A stretch of 64,000 bases of DNA from an uncultured Methanolobus sp. (GCA_963675495.1 OY776215.1:2624001-2688000); one strand, 5' to 3'. Shown: positions 10,566-22,764, counted from the first letter of the stretch. The notes: generated by a model from the letters alone, not told the origin. Numbers and translations are program-made.

Positions 10566-11102
10566 GTTTGTTAAAATATGTATTATTTAATGCATGCTTA
10601 TTATTATCGATATTAGCATGTGCTTTTCAAAATATGTGTGATTTATTGCTGCCTTAGTTGATGCCGTTTTCTGCAAACATGAGTTTGACAATGGTTGCTG
10701 GCCTATAATTCAGTGCGTGCATAGATATATGCTTCATATGTGCTCATTACTTGGAATACATCAGCCATATTTAAATCAATGGGTGTCTCTCCTTGGTGGG
10801 GCTGTCAGTAACAAATAACGGTAATTGGTCGACTAGCAGCTTTCATTCTTACGGATATTCATACAAAATCACACCGCATGCGCTGTATTATTTGAGTAAT
10901 ACTTGTGGTGAACAATTGCTTAACGTTAGGCATTTGTCATACTTTCCTGTATGTATTTGTGTGTAGCTTATGAGTGCTCATTTTCGTAATTTTTCATAAT
11001 TTGCATATTTCCTGAATTTGGCGTGTAGCACATACTTATTATATATTCCTTTTTCCATTACTATTATTAGTTTAAACATTATGCAGTAAATGAGGTTTTC
11101 CA

Positions 11103-12764
11103 ATGAGAAGTGACAAGACCAAGAAAGGACTTGAACGCGCACCGCATCGTTCCCTTTTGAAGGCAACCGGCGTGACAGATTCTGAAATGCAAAAACCGTT
11201 CATAGCGGTTGTAAACTCCAGAAATGAATTGATACCAGGCCACATAAATCTTGATAAGGTTGCAGAGGCAGTAAAGGCGGGCATAAGAAGTGCTGGTGGT
11301 GTTCCATTCGAATTCCATACAATTGGAATTTGTGATGGTATAGCCATGGGTCATGAGGGGATGAAATATTCTCTTCCAAGCCGTGAGGCCATTGAGGATT
11401 CTATTGAGCTTGTCCTTCAGGGGCATCAGCTCGATGGTATGGTGATGATCACTGCATGCGACAAGATCACTCCTGGTCATCTAATGGCAGCAGGAAACCT
11501 TGATATCCCTGCTATTGTCGTGACAGGCGGTCCGATGATGCCAGGATTTGTTGATGATGAGTACCGGGATCTGATCTCTGTCTTTGAAGGTGTAGGTGAA
11601 TGCCAGGCAGAAAAAGTATCTGATGAGAAGTTGAAACTACTGGAGGATTGTTCATGTAGCGGTGCAGGTTCATGTGCAGGTATGTATACCGCGAACACAA
11701 TGGCTTGTATGACTGAGGCACTTGGGCTTAGTCTTCCTGGTTGTGGTACGGCTCATGCAACAGATGCCAAAAAGATCCATCTTGCAAAAGACTCTGGTGA
11801 ACGCATCGTCTCCATGGTGCATGAAGGCATCAATTCTCGTAGCATAGTCACTATGGGGTCATTTGAGAATGCTATTATGGTTGACATGGCAATTGGTGGT
11901 AGTACCAATACAACTCTTCATCTTCCTGCAATAGCACATGCATTTGGTCTTGAGTTGTCCCTTGACGTATTTGACAGGTTGAGCAGGACTACTCCTCATA
12001 TCATCTCCCTGAAACCGGGCGGTGAAAATTATATGCTTGATTTCGAGAGGGCTGGCGGAGTACAGGCCATAATGGCCAGGTTGAGGTCAAAGCTTAATGT
12101 TGATGAAGCTACTGTTAATGGAAAGACCATCGGTCAGAATCTTGATGACCTTATAGTAGTAAATCCAAAACTCAATGCAAGGATAATTGGTACTTTGGAT
12201 GTGCCTATACATGAAGAGGGTGGCATTGCTATACTGAAGGGAAGTCTTGCTCCCGATGGTTCAGTTGTCAAACAGGCGGCAGTTGACCCTAAGATGCTCA
12301 AGCATAGTGGTCCTGCGCGGGTGTTCGACAGTGAAGAGGCAGCTATGGAGGCAATCCTTGCAAAGAAGATCGTTGCAGGTGATGTTGTGGTCATACGTTA
12401 CGAGGGTCCAAAAGGTGGCCCAGGCATGCGTGAAATGTTGTCTCCTACATCAGCTATTGCCGGAATGGGGCTTATTGACAAGGTTGCACTTATCACGGAC
12501 GGTCGTTTCTCCGGTGGAACCCGGGGTCCGTGCATAGGGCATATTTCTCCTGAGGCTCAGGAAGGCGGTCCAATAGGTCTTGTAGAAGAGGGTGATATCA
12601 TCGAGATCGACATTCCTGCCAGGATACTGAACCTTAAGGTTTCAGAAGAGGTGCTTGAAAAGCGCAGGGAAACCTTTGTTCCTGTTGAAAAGAAGGTCAC
12701 AGGTTATCTTGCAAGATACAGGAGATTCGTCAGTTCTGCAAGTAAGGGCGCTATAATAAGTTGA
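11103..12764 (+). CDS. ilvD: Dihydroxy-acid dehydratase
   Basis: [48 protein letters not shown]. Confidence 0.97.
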   Translation: MRSDKTKKGLERAPHRSLLKATGVTDSEMQKPFIAVVNSRNELIPGHINLDKVAEAVKAGIRSAGGVPFEFHTIGICDGIAMGHEGMKYSLPSREAIEDSIELVLQGHQLDGMVMITACDKITPGHLMAAGNLDIPAIVVTGGPMMPGFVDDEYRDLISVFEGVGECQAEKVSDEKLKLLEDCSCSGAGSCAGMYTANTMACMTEALGLSLPGCGTAHATDAKKIHLAKDSGERIVSMVHEGINSRSIVTMGSFENAIMVDMAIGGSTNTTLHLPAIAHAFGLELSLDVFDRLSRTTPHIISLKPGGENYMLDFERAGGVQAIMARLRSKLNVDEATVNGKTIGQNLDDLIVVNPKLNARIIGTLDVPIHEEGGIAILKGSLAPDGSVVKQAAVDPKMLKHSGPARVFDSEEAAMEAILAKKIVAGDVVVIRYEGPKGGPGMREMLSPTSAIAGMGLIDKVALITDGRFSGGTRGPCIGHISPEAQEGGPIGLVEEGDIIEIDIPARILNLKVSEEVLEKRRETFVPVEKKVTGYLARYRRFVSSASKGAIIS

Positions 12765-12858
12765 TATTAGAAAAAATCAGGTCTTTATAGGCCTGCTTTT
12801 ACTTATTTTTAAATTTGACCGATGGTTTTTTCAGATTGAATTACCTGAGTATTATTTA

Positions 12859-13035
12859 ATGGAAAGGGTGGGTATTTGTTCGATATGTGGTTCTGTATCT
12901 GGCCTGAACACATGTTCTCTTTGCGGAAGGCTAGTTTGTAATGGGTGCTACGATCATTCGAGAAATGTTTGTGTCCAGTGTTCTTCAGGTGTAACTTTCT
13001 CCGAGTCATCATCGCAAAGATCAGGTATGATTTGA
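12859..13035 (+). CDS. 58-aa protein with four CxxC motifs (zinc-finger-like); absent from the ORF track
   Basis: Manual translation MERVGICSICGSVSGLNTCSLCGRLVCNGCYDHSRNVCVQCSSGVTFSESSSQRSGMI*. Confidence 0.8.
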   Translation: MERVGICSICGSVSGLNTCSLCGRLVCNGCYDHSRNVCVQCSSGVTFSESSSQRSGMI

Positions 13036-13036
13036 A

Positions 13037-14506
13037 TTATTTTAATCTATGAAGTTGCTCAATTCCATTTTCCTGTTTGAGCACAAGTACTTCCCTTGTT
13101 ACAAGTTCTTGTATCTTCCTGTCTATGTCCTCCTGACTGAACTGACGTGAAACAAGACTTTTGATAATTTCTTTTTTAACTTTTGCCCCACGTGGCATAT
13201 ACATCAGTATGTTTCCTTCAAGTTTATCTGGCTCTGCATCAGATATCTGTTCTGTTGCAGGTGGAGATACAGGTGTTTGCCCGGGTATATTTTGCATTTC
13301 CTGCATAGTATCTGCTTCGCTATTCATAAACGGTGGTATTCCATCTGAATTGGCAGACTGCTGTGGTTCAGGTACATTGAATACCGGTTGCGGTGTGCTT
13401 TCTCCTTCGGGGCTGAACGGTGGCATTCCTTCCGGTAGTTTAAAATCTGGCATTGCCGGTGCAATTTCTACTTGAGGACCTTCTGCTGGTGAGTTCAAAT
13501 CAGGCATCGCAAATACTGCATTTTCTGATGGTGCTCTTAGTTCTGGCACATTAAATCCAGTATCTTGGTTTGCAGGTTCTGGTGGTTTTAGCTCCGGCAT
13601 AGTGAATGCATTATCTTGGTTTGCTTGCTCCGGTGGCTTTGGTTCTGGCATCGTAGATCCAGCGTCTTGGCTTGCCTGCTCCGGTGTTCTTAGCTCCGGC
13701 ATAGTGAATGCATTATCTTGGTTTGCCTGCTCCGGTGGCTTTAGTTCTGGCATCGTAGATCCAGCGTCTTGGCTTGTCTGTTCCGGTATGGTAAATGCTG
13801 GTTCTTGGTTTGTAGGATCTGGTGACTTTAGTTCCGGCATAGTAAATCCAGTATCTTGACTTGTCTGCTCTATTACTTGTGCAAATTGTTCTGGTTCAGT
13901 AGTTTCTGTTTTCAGTGCTGAAGTTTCCATTTCCTGATGGCTGCTCTTTTCTACTATCATCTCGGATAAATTAGTTTCATGATCCTGTTCTTCGAAATTC
14001 TGTTGTATGGCACTTGCAGGTTCTTGTTCATCTGCTTTATTGGTAATTATTACCGGTGCAACCACAACAGGTGCCTGTGGGGGTATTTCATTTTCTGATA
14101 TTTGCGGTTGAAGCTGAGCATCTGTTTCTCCAAACTCGTCAATGATATCGATGTCAGTAATCTCTTCTTCACTGTTTATTTCTGGGATAGTTGTATTCAT
14201 TTTGGTAAAGATTTCATCATCAGATTCTTGTATATCTCTACTTTCCGGGGCACTTTGTATATTCCTACTAATTTCATTTGTCTCTGTGAAACTATTTTCT
14301 ACTAATGCCAGCCTGTTTAATATTGTATTTACGTCATCTCTGAGGATTGCAAACCTATCGGTCCACGATACTATATCGTCTGAAGGGGAATTATCTAAAA
14401 TATCCAGCTCCCTTTCGATAAGTTTTCTGATGAACAGACTTTTATTGTCAATTACGTCCAGTTTATCAAAAAGCTCATCAGACATACTAATGGTAAGTCG
14501 TTTCAT
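13037..14506 (-). CDS. Protein with N-terminal ribbon-helix-helix, acidic Pro-rich repeat region and C-terminal winged-helix-like domain
   Basis: MKRLTISMSDELFDKL..NKSLFIRKLIEREL; low-complexity middle; compact C-terminal domain. Confidence 0.8.
   Translation of the reverse strand: MKRLTISMSDELFDKLDVIDNKSLFIRKLIERELDILDNSPSDDIVSWTDRFAILRDDVNTILNRLALVENSFTETNEISRNIQSAPESRDIQESDDEIFTKMNTTIPEINSEEEITDIDIIDEFGETDAQLQPQISENEIPPQAPVVVAPVIITNKADEQEPASAIQQNFEEQDHETNLSEMIVEKSSHQEMETSALKTETTEPEQFAQVIEQTSQDTGFTMPELKSPDPTNQEPAFTIPEQTSQDAGSTMPELKPPEQANQDNAFTMPELRTPEQASQDAGSTMPEPKPPEQANQDNAFTMPELKPPEPANQDTGFNVPELRAPSENAVFAMPDLNSPAEGPQVEIAPAMPDFKLPEGMPPFSPEGESTPQPVFNVPEPQQSANSDGIPPFMNSEADTMQEMQNIPGQTPVSPPATEQISDAEPDKLEGNILMYMPRGAKVKKEIIKSLVSRQFSQEDIDRKIQELVTREVLVLKQENGIEQLHRLK
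13500..13870 (-). repeat. Intragenic tandem repeats, 51-bp unit with 102-bp higher-order period
   Basis: FTMPELKPPEQANQD-type units; TTAGCTCCGGCATAGTGAATGCATTATCTTGG at 13588 and 13690. Confidence 0.85.
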
Positions 14507-14697
14507 GGCAATCTCCCTTTGATGTTTGTCAATGTATAATCATACTGATGTATGCATATATCATACATATATAATTAATGGAATTATATTTAAAATATTA
14601 TGTATTTCGCATTCTGTGATTCGAAATTCATGCCTAAAAAAGTAAAAGATAATCTAATAATGTAGTTAAGCTCTATAAAAAAAATGAGAACATAAGT

Positions 14698-15471
14698 TCA
14701 CATTGATTTCTTACATTCAGGGCAGGCTTTACCTTTTGTTGTCGAGATAAACGAATGCTTTGGTGTTATGCACTTACACATAGGGCACAATTCATTGTTC
14801 TTAAATATCTTCTCTACTGCCTGAAGGTCTGTCTCATAAATGTGTGTGTCCCATCCTGTGGCTATAAGTGACTCGATTTCAAACGCAAGTTTATGCTCAC
14901 GGAAAACTTTTTTGAATCCTTCAACGATAGCCGGGATATTGGCTGGGAATCCTCCAAATGCATCCCATGACCTATATAAGAGGTATATCCTGACCTGTGT
15001 ATCATTCAACAGTTCTACTTTATAGGCTATCCAGCAGGGCTGGTCTTCGTATTTTGGTATGTGAACTTCATTCTCCCAGAGTATACCAACATGTCTTCTG
15101 GAGCCCGGTCGCAGGTTGCTCACATTTGCACTTACTGTATTGTATGCTGTTTCTCCGTACCTGAATAACTGTTTTGCATAACAATAATCAAATTTTCTCT
15201 TGTCATCATCTGAGAGTGAAACATACCAATCTGCATACTCTTCAGTGAGTTCTTCTTTATATTTTGCTATAAGGTTCTCTCCAAAAGGTACAGCAGGATT
15301 GACCTGCATGTTGTCCACATCCTCTATGTATATAGTGGCATGTACTCTCTTTGTAATTGTTTTGTAGTCTGGTTTGTGTTCCTCTCCTTTTTCATATATT
15401 TCATGGATCAATTGGGACCATGCAGAGGAAATTGTTTTTGCTTTTATCAGTACAGCTTCCATATCACTCAT
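14698..15471 (-). CDS. thyA: Thymidylate synthase family protein with C-terminal Zn-ribbon-like motif
   Basis: Catalytic QPC, RSWDAFGGFPAN, HIYETD; C-terminal CPMC...CPEC. Confidence 0.75.
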   Translation of the reverse strand: MSDMEAVLIKAKTISSAWSQLIHEIYEKGEEHKPDYKTITKRVHATIYIEDVDNMQVNPAVPFGENLIAKYKEELTEEYADWYVSLSDDDKRKFDYCYAKQLFRYGETAYNTVSANVSNLRPGSRRHVGILWENEVHIPKYEDQPCWIAYKVELLNDTQVRIYLLYRSWDAFGGFPANIPAIVEGFKKVFREHKLAFEIESLIATGWDTHIYETDLQAVEKIFKNNELCPMCKCITPKHSFISTTKGKACPECKKSM

Positions 15472-15559
15472 TCCCTGTTACCGTAATATCTTACTTAGAT
15501 GATAGATTTTTGAAATAAAAATGATTTTATTAAAATTAAATTGTGTGCTCTGGATATAA

Positions 15560-16426
15560 TCATTGTTGTTGTTTATCGGTCGTCGGTTGTTTGTCTGACT
15601 TCTCTACGAGAGCACTTGCAAGTATTATTGCTTTGGTATAGTGTCCTCCGACTCTGGATGTGTCGACAAATACATAGTCATCCATCAATATGGGTGCACC
15701 AAGTCCGTCTCCTCCTCCCAGGAACACAAGTGTTCTGAATATAAGATTGCCTGATATGCCATCCGGTGCAAGTATGAAATTCGCTTCCTTTATGGCATCC
15801 TCTATGAGTATCGTATGATGCTTTGCGTCTATTCCCAGTTCTCTTATCCTGTTGACAATGAAGTCCCCTTCCGCAAGTGTCTGGTCTACTCGCAGGTTGC
15901 GGCCCAGGTCTCCCAGTCTTCCTCCTGAAAGAATGCCTACAACTGGTTCGATATTAAACCTGCGGATGTATTCTACTCCTAGTTTTATGAATTCTATCTT
16001 GTCTGCAAGTTTATTTCCTTCATCTATGCCTACAGGTGCGATGAAAAAGGGAGTACCTTCGCTTGTTTGCAACAGTGCAATTCTGTGCAGGTTTTCCTGG
16101 TTCAGGATCTTTTTGAGGTGTGTCAATGTTCCTGAAGCTCCTGCAGTTCCTCTGACTGCCGCATCTACGTATCCGGATTTGAGGAGGTCGCCAAGTGTTC
16201 TCTCAGGATCATTGGTTCCTATTATCTCAAGCTCAGTTCCTATTTCATCTATCTCTTTTTTGTTACCTACAAGTAACACGTGTGCATATCCTGCTTCATG
16301 TGCATCTCTGGCACTCTTTAGCATCTTGGGGCTGGGATTACGCACTCCTATTGCAACTCTTGCCTTATTTTGTAATGCCCTTTTTTCTATCAGGTCAAGG
16401 AGGTTCTCTGTACTTTTTGATCCCAT
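15560..16426 (-). CDS. mtxX: Methanogenesis marker protein Mmp4/MtxX
   Basis: [46 protein letters not shown]; start placed at ATG 16426. Confidence 0.9.
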   Translation of the reverse strand: MGSKSTENLLDLIEKRALQNKARVAIGVRNPSPKMLKSARDAHEAGYAHVLLVGNKKEIDEIGTELEIIGTNDPERTLGDLLKSGYVDAAVRGTAGASGTLTHLKKILNQENLHRIALLQTSEGTPFFIAPVGIDEGNKLADKIEFIKLGVEYIRRFNIEPVVGILSGGRLGDLGRNLRVDQTLAEGDFIVNRIRELGIDAKHHTILIEDAIKEANFILAPDGISGNLIFRTLVFLGGGDGLGAPILMDDYVFVDTSRVGGHYTKAIILASALVEKSDKQPTTDKQQQ

Positions 16427-16514
16427 GGAACGGTACCTGCCATCAATATTATCAATCAGAACAATCAAAGTGATGCAAACATTAATTACTTTTCCTGAAT
16501 ATTGGGTAAACAAC

Positions 16515-17993
16515 ATGACTGTGCAGATGGAATGGGCAGAGAAATACAGGCCAGGAACACTTGATGATATTGTAGGTCATAAAAAAGTGATAGTCGACCT
16601 TATGAAGTGGGGTGAGCAATGGGGGCATGGCGTCCCTGAATCAAGGGCAGTATTGCTTCATGGTCAGGCAGGCATAGGCAAGACCTCCTCTGCATATGCA
16701 CTTGCAAATGATATGGGCTGGGAAGTTATAGAGCTTAATGCCAGCGACCAGCGGACCGCAGGTGTGATCGAAAAGGTGGCAGGCTCAGCATCCCGAATGC
16801 AAACCCTGACTGGTGCCTCTACCAAAAGACTAGTCGTACTTGATGAGGCTGATAATCTTCATGGAAATAGTGATCGTGGGGGTGCACGTGCTATTATTGA
16901 TATTGTCAAAAAAACAAATCAACCCATCGTTCTTATTGCTAACGACCTTTATGGTATCTCCTCTTCACTACGTTCTTTATGCCTTGAGCTGAAGTTCGGT
17001 TCCGTTCAATCCCGATCCATGGTGCCTGCACTCAAGAAAATAGCACATAACGAGGGCCTGATGTGCGGTGTCGGTGTAATTGAGAAAATAGCCGAGACTG
17101 CAGACGGGGATTTCAGGAGTGCTGTTAATGATCTCCAGGCAGTTGCTCTTGGACGTACGGAAATTGACATCGAAGACATTTCTACTTCTGAGCGGGATAA
17201 TAAAGAGTCCATATTTAAAGTTGTGGGTAGGATCTTCAAGGGAAAGGACATTTCTTCTGCTCTTGAAGCTACCTATAATCTTGATGAGACTCCTGAGGAC
17301 CTTATTCATTGGGTGGATGAAAATCTTCCATACCAGTACACAGGTAAAGGTGAAGAAGCGCTTACAGATGATATTATTCAGGCATATTCTTATCTTTCAC
17401 GTTCTGATCGTTTTTTGGGACGTGTGCGCAGGAGGCAGAATTATCGAATGTGGCGTTATGCGGGCATGCTCATGACTGGTGGGACAGTAGTTTCAAAATC
17501 TCGCAATCGCGGTGGTTTTGTGAGGTACCAGGCACCTTCTCTCTGGCGTAAAATGGGTCAGATGCGTTCTAAGAGGAATATGAGGAATAATATTGCTGTG
17601 AAAGTTGGCGCTCATTGTCATGAATCAATGCGTTATTCACGGCTTGAGGTTGCAGGACTTTATACGAAGCTTTTGGAAGCAGATGACTATGCGATAGACG
17701 TTGTTGCAACACTTGGACTTGAAATGGATGAATTGCTCTATCTGATGGGTGCTAAAAAGGTCACAAAAAAAATACAGGGCATTTATGATGGTGCCCAAGA
17801 GCTGCGAAAGAACGTGTTTTCTTCAGATGAGCCCGCCTTTTTCGTAGAAAAAAAGAGTCCTAAAAAAGATCCTTCTCAGCTGAGTCTGGACAAATTACCA
17901 GGTTCAAATGAAGAGGAGCCTGTGGCAAGTGAAACTTCCTTTTCTAAAAAGGAACCTGCAAAAAAACCACAAAAGACTCTTTTTGATTTTTAA
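16515..17993 (+). CDS. rfcL: Replication factor C large subunit
   Basis: WAEKYRP, Walker [26 protein letters not shown]-terminal PIP box QKTLFDF. Confidence 0.96.
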   Translation: MTVQMEWAEKYRPGTLDDIVGHKKVIVDLMKWGEQWGHGVPESRAVLLHGQAGIGKTSSAYALANDMGWEVIELNASDQRTAGVIEKVAGSASRMQTLTGASTKRLVVLDEADNLHGNSDRGGARAIIDIVKKTNQPIVLIANDLYGISSSLRSLCLELKFGSVQSRSMVPALKKIAHNEGLMCGVGVIEKIAETADGDFRSAVNDLQAVALGRTEIDIEDISTSERDNKESIFKVVGRIFKGKDISSALEATYNLDETPEDLIHWVDENLPYQYTGKGEEALTDDIIQAYSYLSRSDRFLGRVRRRQNYRMWRYAGMLMTGGTVVSKSRNRGGFVRYQAPSLWRKMGQMRSKRNMRNNIAVKVGAHCHESMRYSRLEVAGLYTKLLEADDYAIDVVATLGLEMDELLYLMGAKKVTKKIQGIYDGAQELRKNVFSSDEPAFFVEKKSPKKDPSQLSLDKLPGSNEEEPVASETSFSKKEPAKKPQKTLFDF

Positions 17994-18390
17994 TTCTGGT
18001 TATTGTGGCCAGAATTACTATGTGTGGTATATATGCATCACTTGATGCATGTTGTAATATATATTATAGAATACATGTGTCTGATTGCATATATCAACAA
18101 GTATCTGTTATGCAGGATGTTCGCTTATATTTGATTTCCTTCATGATATGTCATTTACATCTATCTGATATAATTGCTTTATATTTCTCATCATCTGTAT
18201 TTGTTTGAACAGTTGTCTTATTTTGTACGATTTTTTCAAGATCATAGAATAAAGGACTCTGTTATTTTTATAAGGGGGTGTATGAAAATGTATTCTCAGT
18301 ACTACTAACTCAACAGAAATCTCTGGTAATTCACAATAATATAAAGCTCAATGTAAGCGACGCTTAACACTTTATAAGTTCTATTTCAGT

Positions 18391-18480
18391 AAAAAATGAA
18401 TGAAAAATGTGGAGTGGAGTATGAGCGGGTTGGGGAGTGGGGGTTATTGTCAAAAAGAGGATAACCCGCTCATCTACTTC
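18391..18480 (-). ncRNA. Candidate small RNA with hairpin and C-rich motifs
   Basis: Minus-strand TATA TTTATATA at 18505-18498, 11-bp perfect stem 18421-18431/18463-18473, three ACTCC motifs, U-rich 3' end. Confidence 0.5.
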
Positions 18481-18657
18481 TAGTATGCATAGTATCGTAT
18501 ATAAACGTTTTGCTCATCATCATCATAATGATGGGGTGATTCTGCTAAAAATATCATTTTAATATCTCCTGCACTTGATATTACTTTTTATTACTTTGCT
18601 AAATTACATCGAAAACTGATAAATACCTTGCATTCCACTTTCAGTGTGAGTGATACA

Positions 18658-18891
18658 ATGGTAATTGGAGTTACGATGGTAAATGTGCTGCCTGGCAGTG
18701 AAAGAACAGCTTTTAATGAACTTAACAAGATTGAAGGAATAAAGGACATCTATCATGTGTTTGGTGAGTATGACTTTGTTGTGGTAATTGAGGTGGATGA
18801 TCTGGGACATCTCAATAGTATTGTAGACTTGATCCGTGAGACCGGTTCGGTCACTGCAACACAAACTATTGTGGGTGCAGAATTGAAGTGA
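18658..18891 (+). CDS. Stand-alone Lrp/AsnC ligand-binding (RAM) domain protein
   Basis: YHVFGEYDFVVVIE..IVDLIRE..VTATQT; ATG at 18658. Confidence 0.88.
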   Translation: MVIGVTMVNVLPGSERTAFNELNKIEGIKDIYHVFGEYDFVVVIEVDDLGHLNSIVDLIRETGSVTATQTIVGAELK

Positions 18892-18977
18892 TTCGGAAAA
18901 AACATTTTTATATATTCCGTGTTATTATTTTCTGGTCACTGCAATAGTGGCCAACAAAGGACGAGGAAGATATTCTT

Positions 18978-20840
18978 ATGGATAATCCAATTGCAGAAGA
19001 ACTTGCCAAGAACCAAAAATCAATAAGTGTCGCTGAGTTCTTTGAAAAGAACAGGCAGATACTGGGTTTTGACTCTGCTCCGCGAAGTTTGATCACAACG
19101 GTCAAGGAAGCAGTGGATAACTCTCTTGATGCGTGTGAAGAGTCAGAGATATTGCCGGATATATTCCTGCACATAGAGCGGTCAGGAAAGGATAACGTAA
19201 TTATTATAGTGGAGGACAATGGTCCGGGGATAGTTAAAGAACAGATTCCCAAGGTATTTGCAAAGCTATTGTATGGTTCAAGATTCCATGCGATCAAACA
19301 GAGTCGTGGCCAGCAAGGTATTGGTATATCGGCTTCTGTGCTATATTCTCAATTGACATCAGGTAATCATACAAGGATCATATCCAAAATAGGTCACGGA
19401 AATCCTGCTCACTATTATGAGCTTATGATAAATACCAGCACAAATGATCCTGAGATACTCAAGGATGATATTGTGGACTGGGATAGGCCACATGGTACAC
19501 GCGTTGAGATGGAAATGGAGGCTTCTTATGTAAAGGGAAGAAGACAATCCATTTATGAATATCTTAAGGCGACTGCGATTGTAAATCCACATGCCCGACT
19601 AACTCTTATAGAGCCTGATGGCAATGAAGTGGTTTTTGAGCGTGCAACCGATAAGCTTCCGCTTCCTGCAAAAGAGATTTTGCCTCATCCTCATGGGATA
19701 GAGCTTGGTACTCTCATGAAAATGCTAAGATATACCGAGAGACAAAAATTGTCTCCTTTCTTGCGTTATTCATTTTCCAAGATAGGGCATCTGGCTTCTG
19801 AAGAGATATGCAAGGCTTCAGGTCTTGATCCTGATACGGACCCTCATGAAATGAGCAGGGAACAGTCTAAGAAGTTGCTTGACGCATTCTCTAAAGTCAA
19901 GATAATGGCCCCTCCAACTGATTGTTTATCTCCGATCGGTGAAGAGCTTATTTACAAGGGACTTGAAAAAGAATTCAGTGTTGATTTCATAGCCACCACG
20001 ACCAGAAGTCCTTCAGTTTATTCAGGAAGCCCGTTCATTGTTGAAGTGGGTATTGCATTTGGTGGTGAATTGCAAAAGGATGATCGTGTGGATATCATGC
20101 GTTTTGCAAACAGGGTCCCTCTTCTGTACCAGCAGGGTGGCTGTGTGATAACGCATGCCATCGAGTCAATTAAATGGAAGCAGTATGGATTGAATCAACC
20201 GGGTGGTGGATTGCCTTCAGGGCCTGTTGTTGTTCTGGTGCACGTTGCTTCAACAAATGTTCCTTTTACTTCCGAATCTAAAGATGCAGTTGCTGATATC
20301 CCTGAAATAAAGGATGAGGTCGAGCTGGCAATAAAGGAAGTTTCAAGGAAAATGAATCGCTATCTTAACAAACGTGATAGTCTCAAAAAGAGACGTGAAA
20401 AAGAAGTAATAATCACAAAAGTCCTTCCAAAAATGGCACAGAAACTGGCTGATACTCTTGATCGTGAGGTTCCTGACATAAATCCTGTTGTTGCAAAGGT
20501 CATGGGTAACCTTCTTGTTGACAGGATTGTTGAATCGAATGGAAATGGGGGAGTTGATGTGTCTATAAGGGTCAAGAATTTTTCCAGCAAAAAGCAGGAT
20601 TTCAAGGTCCATGACATGGCTCCATTTGAAATAGAAAACGCGATTCCTGAGGCTAAGGTCATAAATATGGGTAATGATTTTGATTATATATGGGACCTCA
20701 GTGTTTCTCCGGGTTCTTCTAAGGTTGTAAAGTATTCTGTAGCGAGTCTTGAAGATGCAGAAATATCAAGGATGCCTTCACTTATAGTTGAGGGTCTTGA
20801 CGAAGAGCTTGTTACCGGTGCTAAAGCTATAAAGGGGTGA
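18978..20840 (+). CDS. top6B: DNA topoisomerase VI subunit B
   Basis: [45 protein letters not shown]. Confidence 0.97.
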   Translation: MDNPIAEELAKNQKSISVAEFFEKNRQILGFDSAPRSLITTVKEAVDNSLDACEESEILPDIFLHIERSGKDNVIIIVEDNGPGIVKEQIPKVFAKLLYGSRFHAIKQSRGQQGIGISASVLYSQLTSGNHTRIISKIGHGNPAHYYELMINTSTNDPEILKDDIVDWDRPHGTRVEMEMEASYVKGRRQSIYEYLKATAIVNPHARLTLIEPDGNEVVFERATDKLPLPAKEILPHPHGIELGTLMKMLRYTERQKLSPFLRYSFSKIGHLASEEICKASGLDPDTDPHEMSREQSKKLLDAFSKVKIMAPPTDCLSPIGEELIYKGLEKEFSVDFIATTTRSPSVYSGSPFIVEVGIAFGGELQKDDRVDIMRFANRVPLLYQQGGCVITHAIESIKWKQYGLNQPGGGLPSGPVVVLVHVASTNVPFTSESKDAVADIPEIKDEVELAIKEVSRKMNRYLNKRDSLKKRREKEVIITKVLPKMAQKLADTLDREVPDINPVVAKVMGNLLVDRIVESNGNGGVDVSIRVKNFSSKKQDFKVHDMAPFEIENAIPEAKVINMGNDFDYIWDLSVSPGSSKVVKYSVASLEDAEISRMPSLIVEGLDEELVTGAKAIKG

Positions 20841-20844
20841 GTGA

Positions 20845-21954
20845 ATGGCAAAAGAGATATCCCAACAGAAAAAGGAACATGATGAGATAGCAAGCAACCG
20901 TTTATTGGGTCTTGCAGGGGAATTTTACGATCAGTTCATTGATGAGATTGTCCCGAAAGTCTCGCTTCCCAGTCGTACAAAGGCAAATATCGAGTATAGT
21001 GAGGACAGCGATGTCTGGGTATATGGTGACAGGGAGACGGAGAGAAGTGCAAAAACCGTAAAAGGTGCTTTCCAGTTACTGAAGACATCTCATGTGATTG
21101 ATTTTCTTGTGAATAACCACCTGGGACAGAACAGGGGCTCAACTTTAAGAGAATTATATTATATTTCGGAGAACTGGGATATAGCCAAGTTCCGCGAGCA
21201 GCCTGAAAGTGACAGGCTTATAGAGGATCTCGAGATCATCTCCGGTCTTCAGAGGGAATATTTCCATATGCGTCCTGAGGAAGATGGGGCTACTATGTTC
21301 GGTCCTATCCGTCTGCGTGAGGAAACAAAGCGTGGTGATCGTATCATCCATTGTCAGGAGGACATTGGTGAAAGTGGTTATCAGATTCCTTTCAATGTAG
21401 AGAATATTGAATTCCTGGATACTGATGCGAAATTCATAATTGCCATTGAGACTGGTGGTATGTACGCCAGGCTTATTGAGAACGGTTTTGATGAAAGGAA
21501 TGATGCAATACTTGTTCACCTTAAGGGTCAGCCAGCACGCTCGACCCGGCGTATCATTAAGAGGATGAATGAGGAAATGAATCTGCCTGTAGTGGTGTTC
21601 ACTGACGGTGACCCCTGGTCATATCGTATTTTTGCTTCTGTGGCATACGGTGCTATCAAAAGTGCCCACCTGTCCGAGTACATGGCAACTCCTGGTGCCC
21701 AGTTCATTGGTGTTCAGCCATCAGATATCGTGGAGTATGAACTATCCACGGATAAATTGACGGATAAGGATGTAGCTGCTCTGAGAAGTGAACTCACAGA
21801 TCCAAGGTTTGAAAGTGATTACTGGAAAGAACAGATAAGCCTGCAACTTGATATTAACAAAAAAGCAGAACAGCAAGCTTTCGCAGGAAAAGGTCTTGAC
21901 TTTGTAACGGATAAGTACCTGCCAGAACGTCTGACGGAACTCGGGATACTTTGA
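20845..21954 (+). CDS. top6A: DNA topoisomerase VI subunit A
   Basis: [36 protein letters not shown]. Confidence 0.97.
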   Translation: MAKEISQQKKEHDEIASNRLLGLAGEFYDQFIDEIVPKVSLPSRTKANIEYSEDSDVWVYGDRETERSAKTVKGAFQLLKTSHVIDFLVNNHLGQNRGSTLRELYYISENWDIAKFREQPESDRLIEDLEIISGLQREYFHMRPEEDGATMFGPIRLREETKRGDRIIHCQEDIGESGYQIPFNVENIEFLDTDAKFIIAIETGGMYARLIENGFDERNDAILVHLKGQPARSTRRIIKRMNEEMNLPVVVFTDGDPWSYRIFASVAYGAIKSAHLSEYMATPGAQFIGVQPSDIVEYELSTDKLTDKDVAALRSELTDPRFESDYWKEQISLQLDINKKAEQQAFAGKGLDFVTDKYLPERLTELGIL

Positions 21955-21964
21955 TATCCCGTTT

Positions 21965-22666
21965 CTAGTTTTTTCTGTTCCTCGGTTTGAAATTCCTGCA
22001 TATTGCACTTTGGGATACTTTCATTGCCTTTGTATCTGCATGGTGGCAAATGCCATTTTTTTGGAACTTGCATGACTTACAGGCATATACTTTCAGGTTG
22101 AGATTGTCCTGTATTGCCTTTTCTTTGATCAGGTCTTCTCCACAACCCTTGTGGTACTTGATATCTCCCTTACTGCAATTCAGTGCCTGTGCCAGAAGCG
22201 AGCTCACAGCAGGTGGTTCCCATCGAGTATATGTCTGGTTCACAGCCATTTTTTTTGTAGGTATAAATGCCGTGGCTCTTGTTCCGCCATTCTCTTCGAT
22301 GGACTGGGTTAACTTTTCTATTTGGTCTTTTATCTTGTCATTGTCTGGCTGTTGTTTTAATGCCTTTGCCATAAAATTCAGCGCAGCTTCGTTCCTTCCA
22401 AGTTTCTTAAGGGCCAGACTTTTGTTATACAATGCAGGTACAAATCCTGCCATATTGTATTGGCTAAGGATCTTGTCATAGCATTCAATAGCTTCGTGGA
22501 ACTTCTCTTTTTTGTGAAGGAGCATACCTTTGTTATTCAAAGCAATAGGATTGTTGGGGTCCAATTCCAGTGCAAGGCCAAAATAATGCCTTTTCTTTTC
22601 AGGGTCTTTTTCGCTGAGTCCCTGTTCTATCCATTTATTGGATTCTTCGGAAGTCCTTTTTCTCAT
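21965..22666 (-). CDS. TPR-repeat protein with Cys-rich C-terminus
   Basis: ALELDPNNPIALNNKG, ALYNKSLALKKLGR; C-terminal CKSC..C..C. Confidence 0.8.
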   Translation of the reverse strand: MRKRTSEESNKWIEQGLSEKDPEKKRHYFGLALELDPNNPIALNNKGMLLHKKEKFHEAIECYDKILSQYNMAGFVPALYNKSLALKKLGRNEAALNFMAKALKQQPDNDKIKDQIEKLTQSIEENGGTRATAFIPTKKMAVNQTYTRWEPPAVSSLLAQALNCSKGDIKYHKGCGEDLIKEKAIQDNLNLKVYACKSCKFQKNGICHHADTKAMKVSQSAICRNFKPRNRKN

Positions 22667-22764
22667 TGATTGGGCTATTCTCGGAATTCTATATTACTCT
22701 TCTCGCCAGACATGGCTCATTTGTGTGTTGCCAGGTAATGTTAATTTACACTTTGTCCGAAAAA

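Noticed and set aside
10566-11102. Long intergenic region upstream of ilvD as an attenuator or leader peptide
   Set aside because: No Ile/Val/Leu-rich leader ORF or convincing stem found by eye
15852-16514. 221-aa N-terminal extension of RFC large subunit in the 713-aa ORF
   Set aside because: It is the antisense shadow of mtxX; RFC homology starts at ATG 16515
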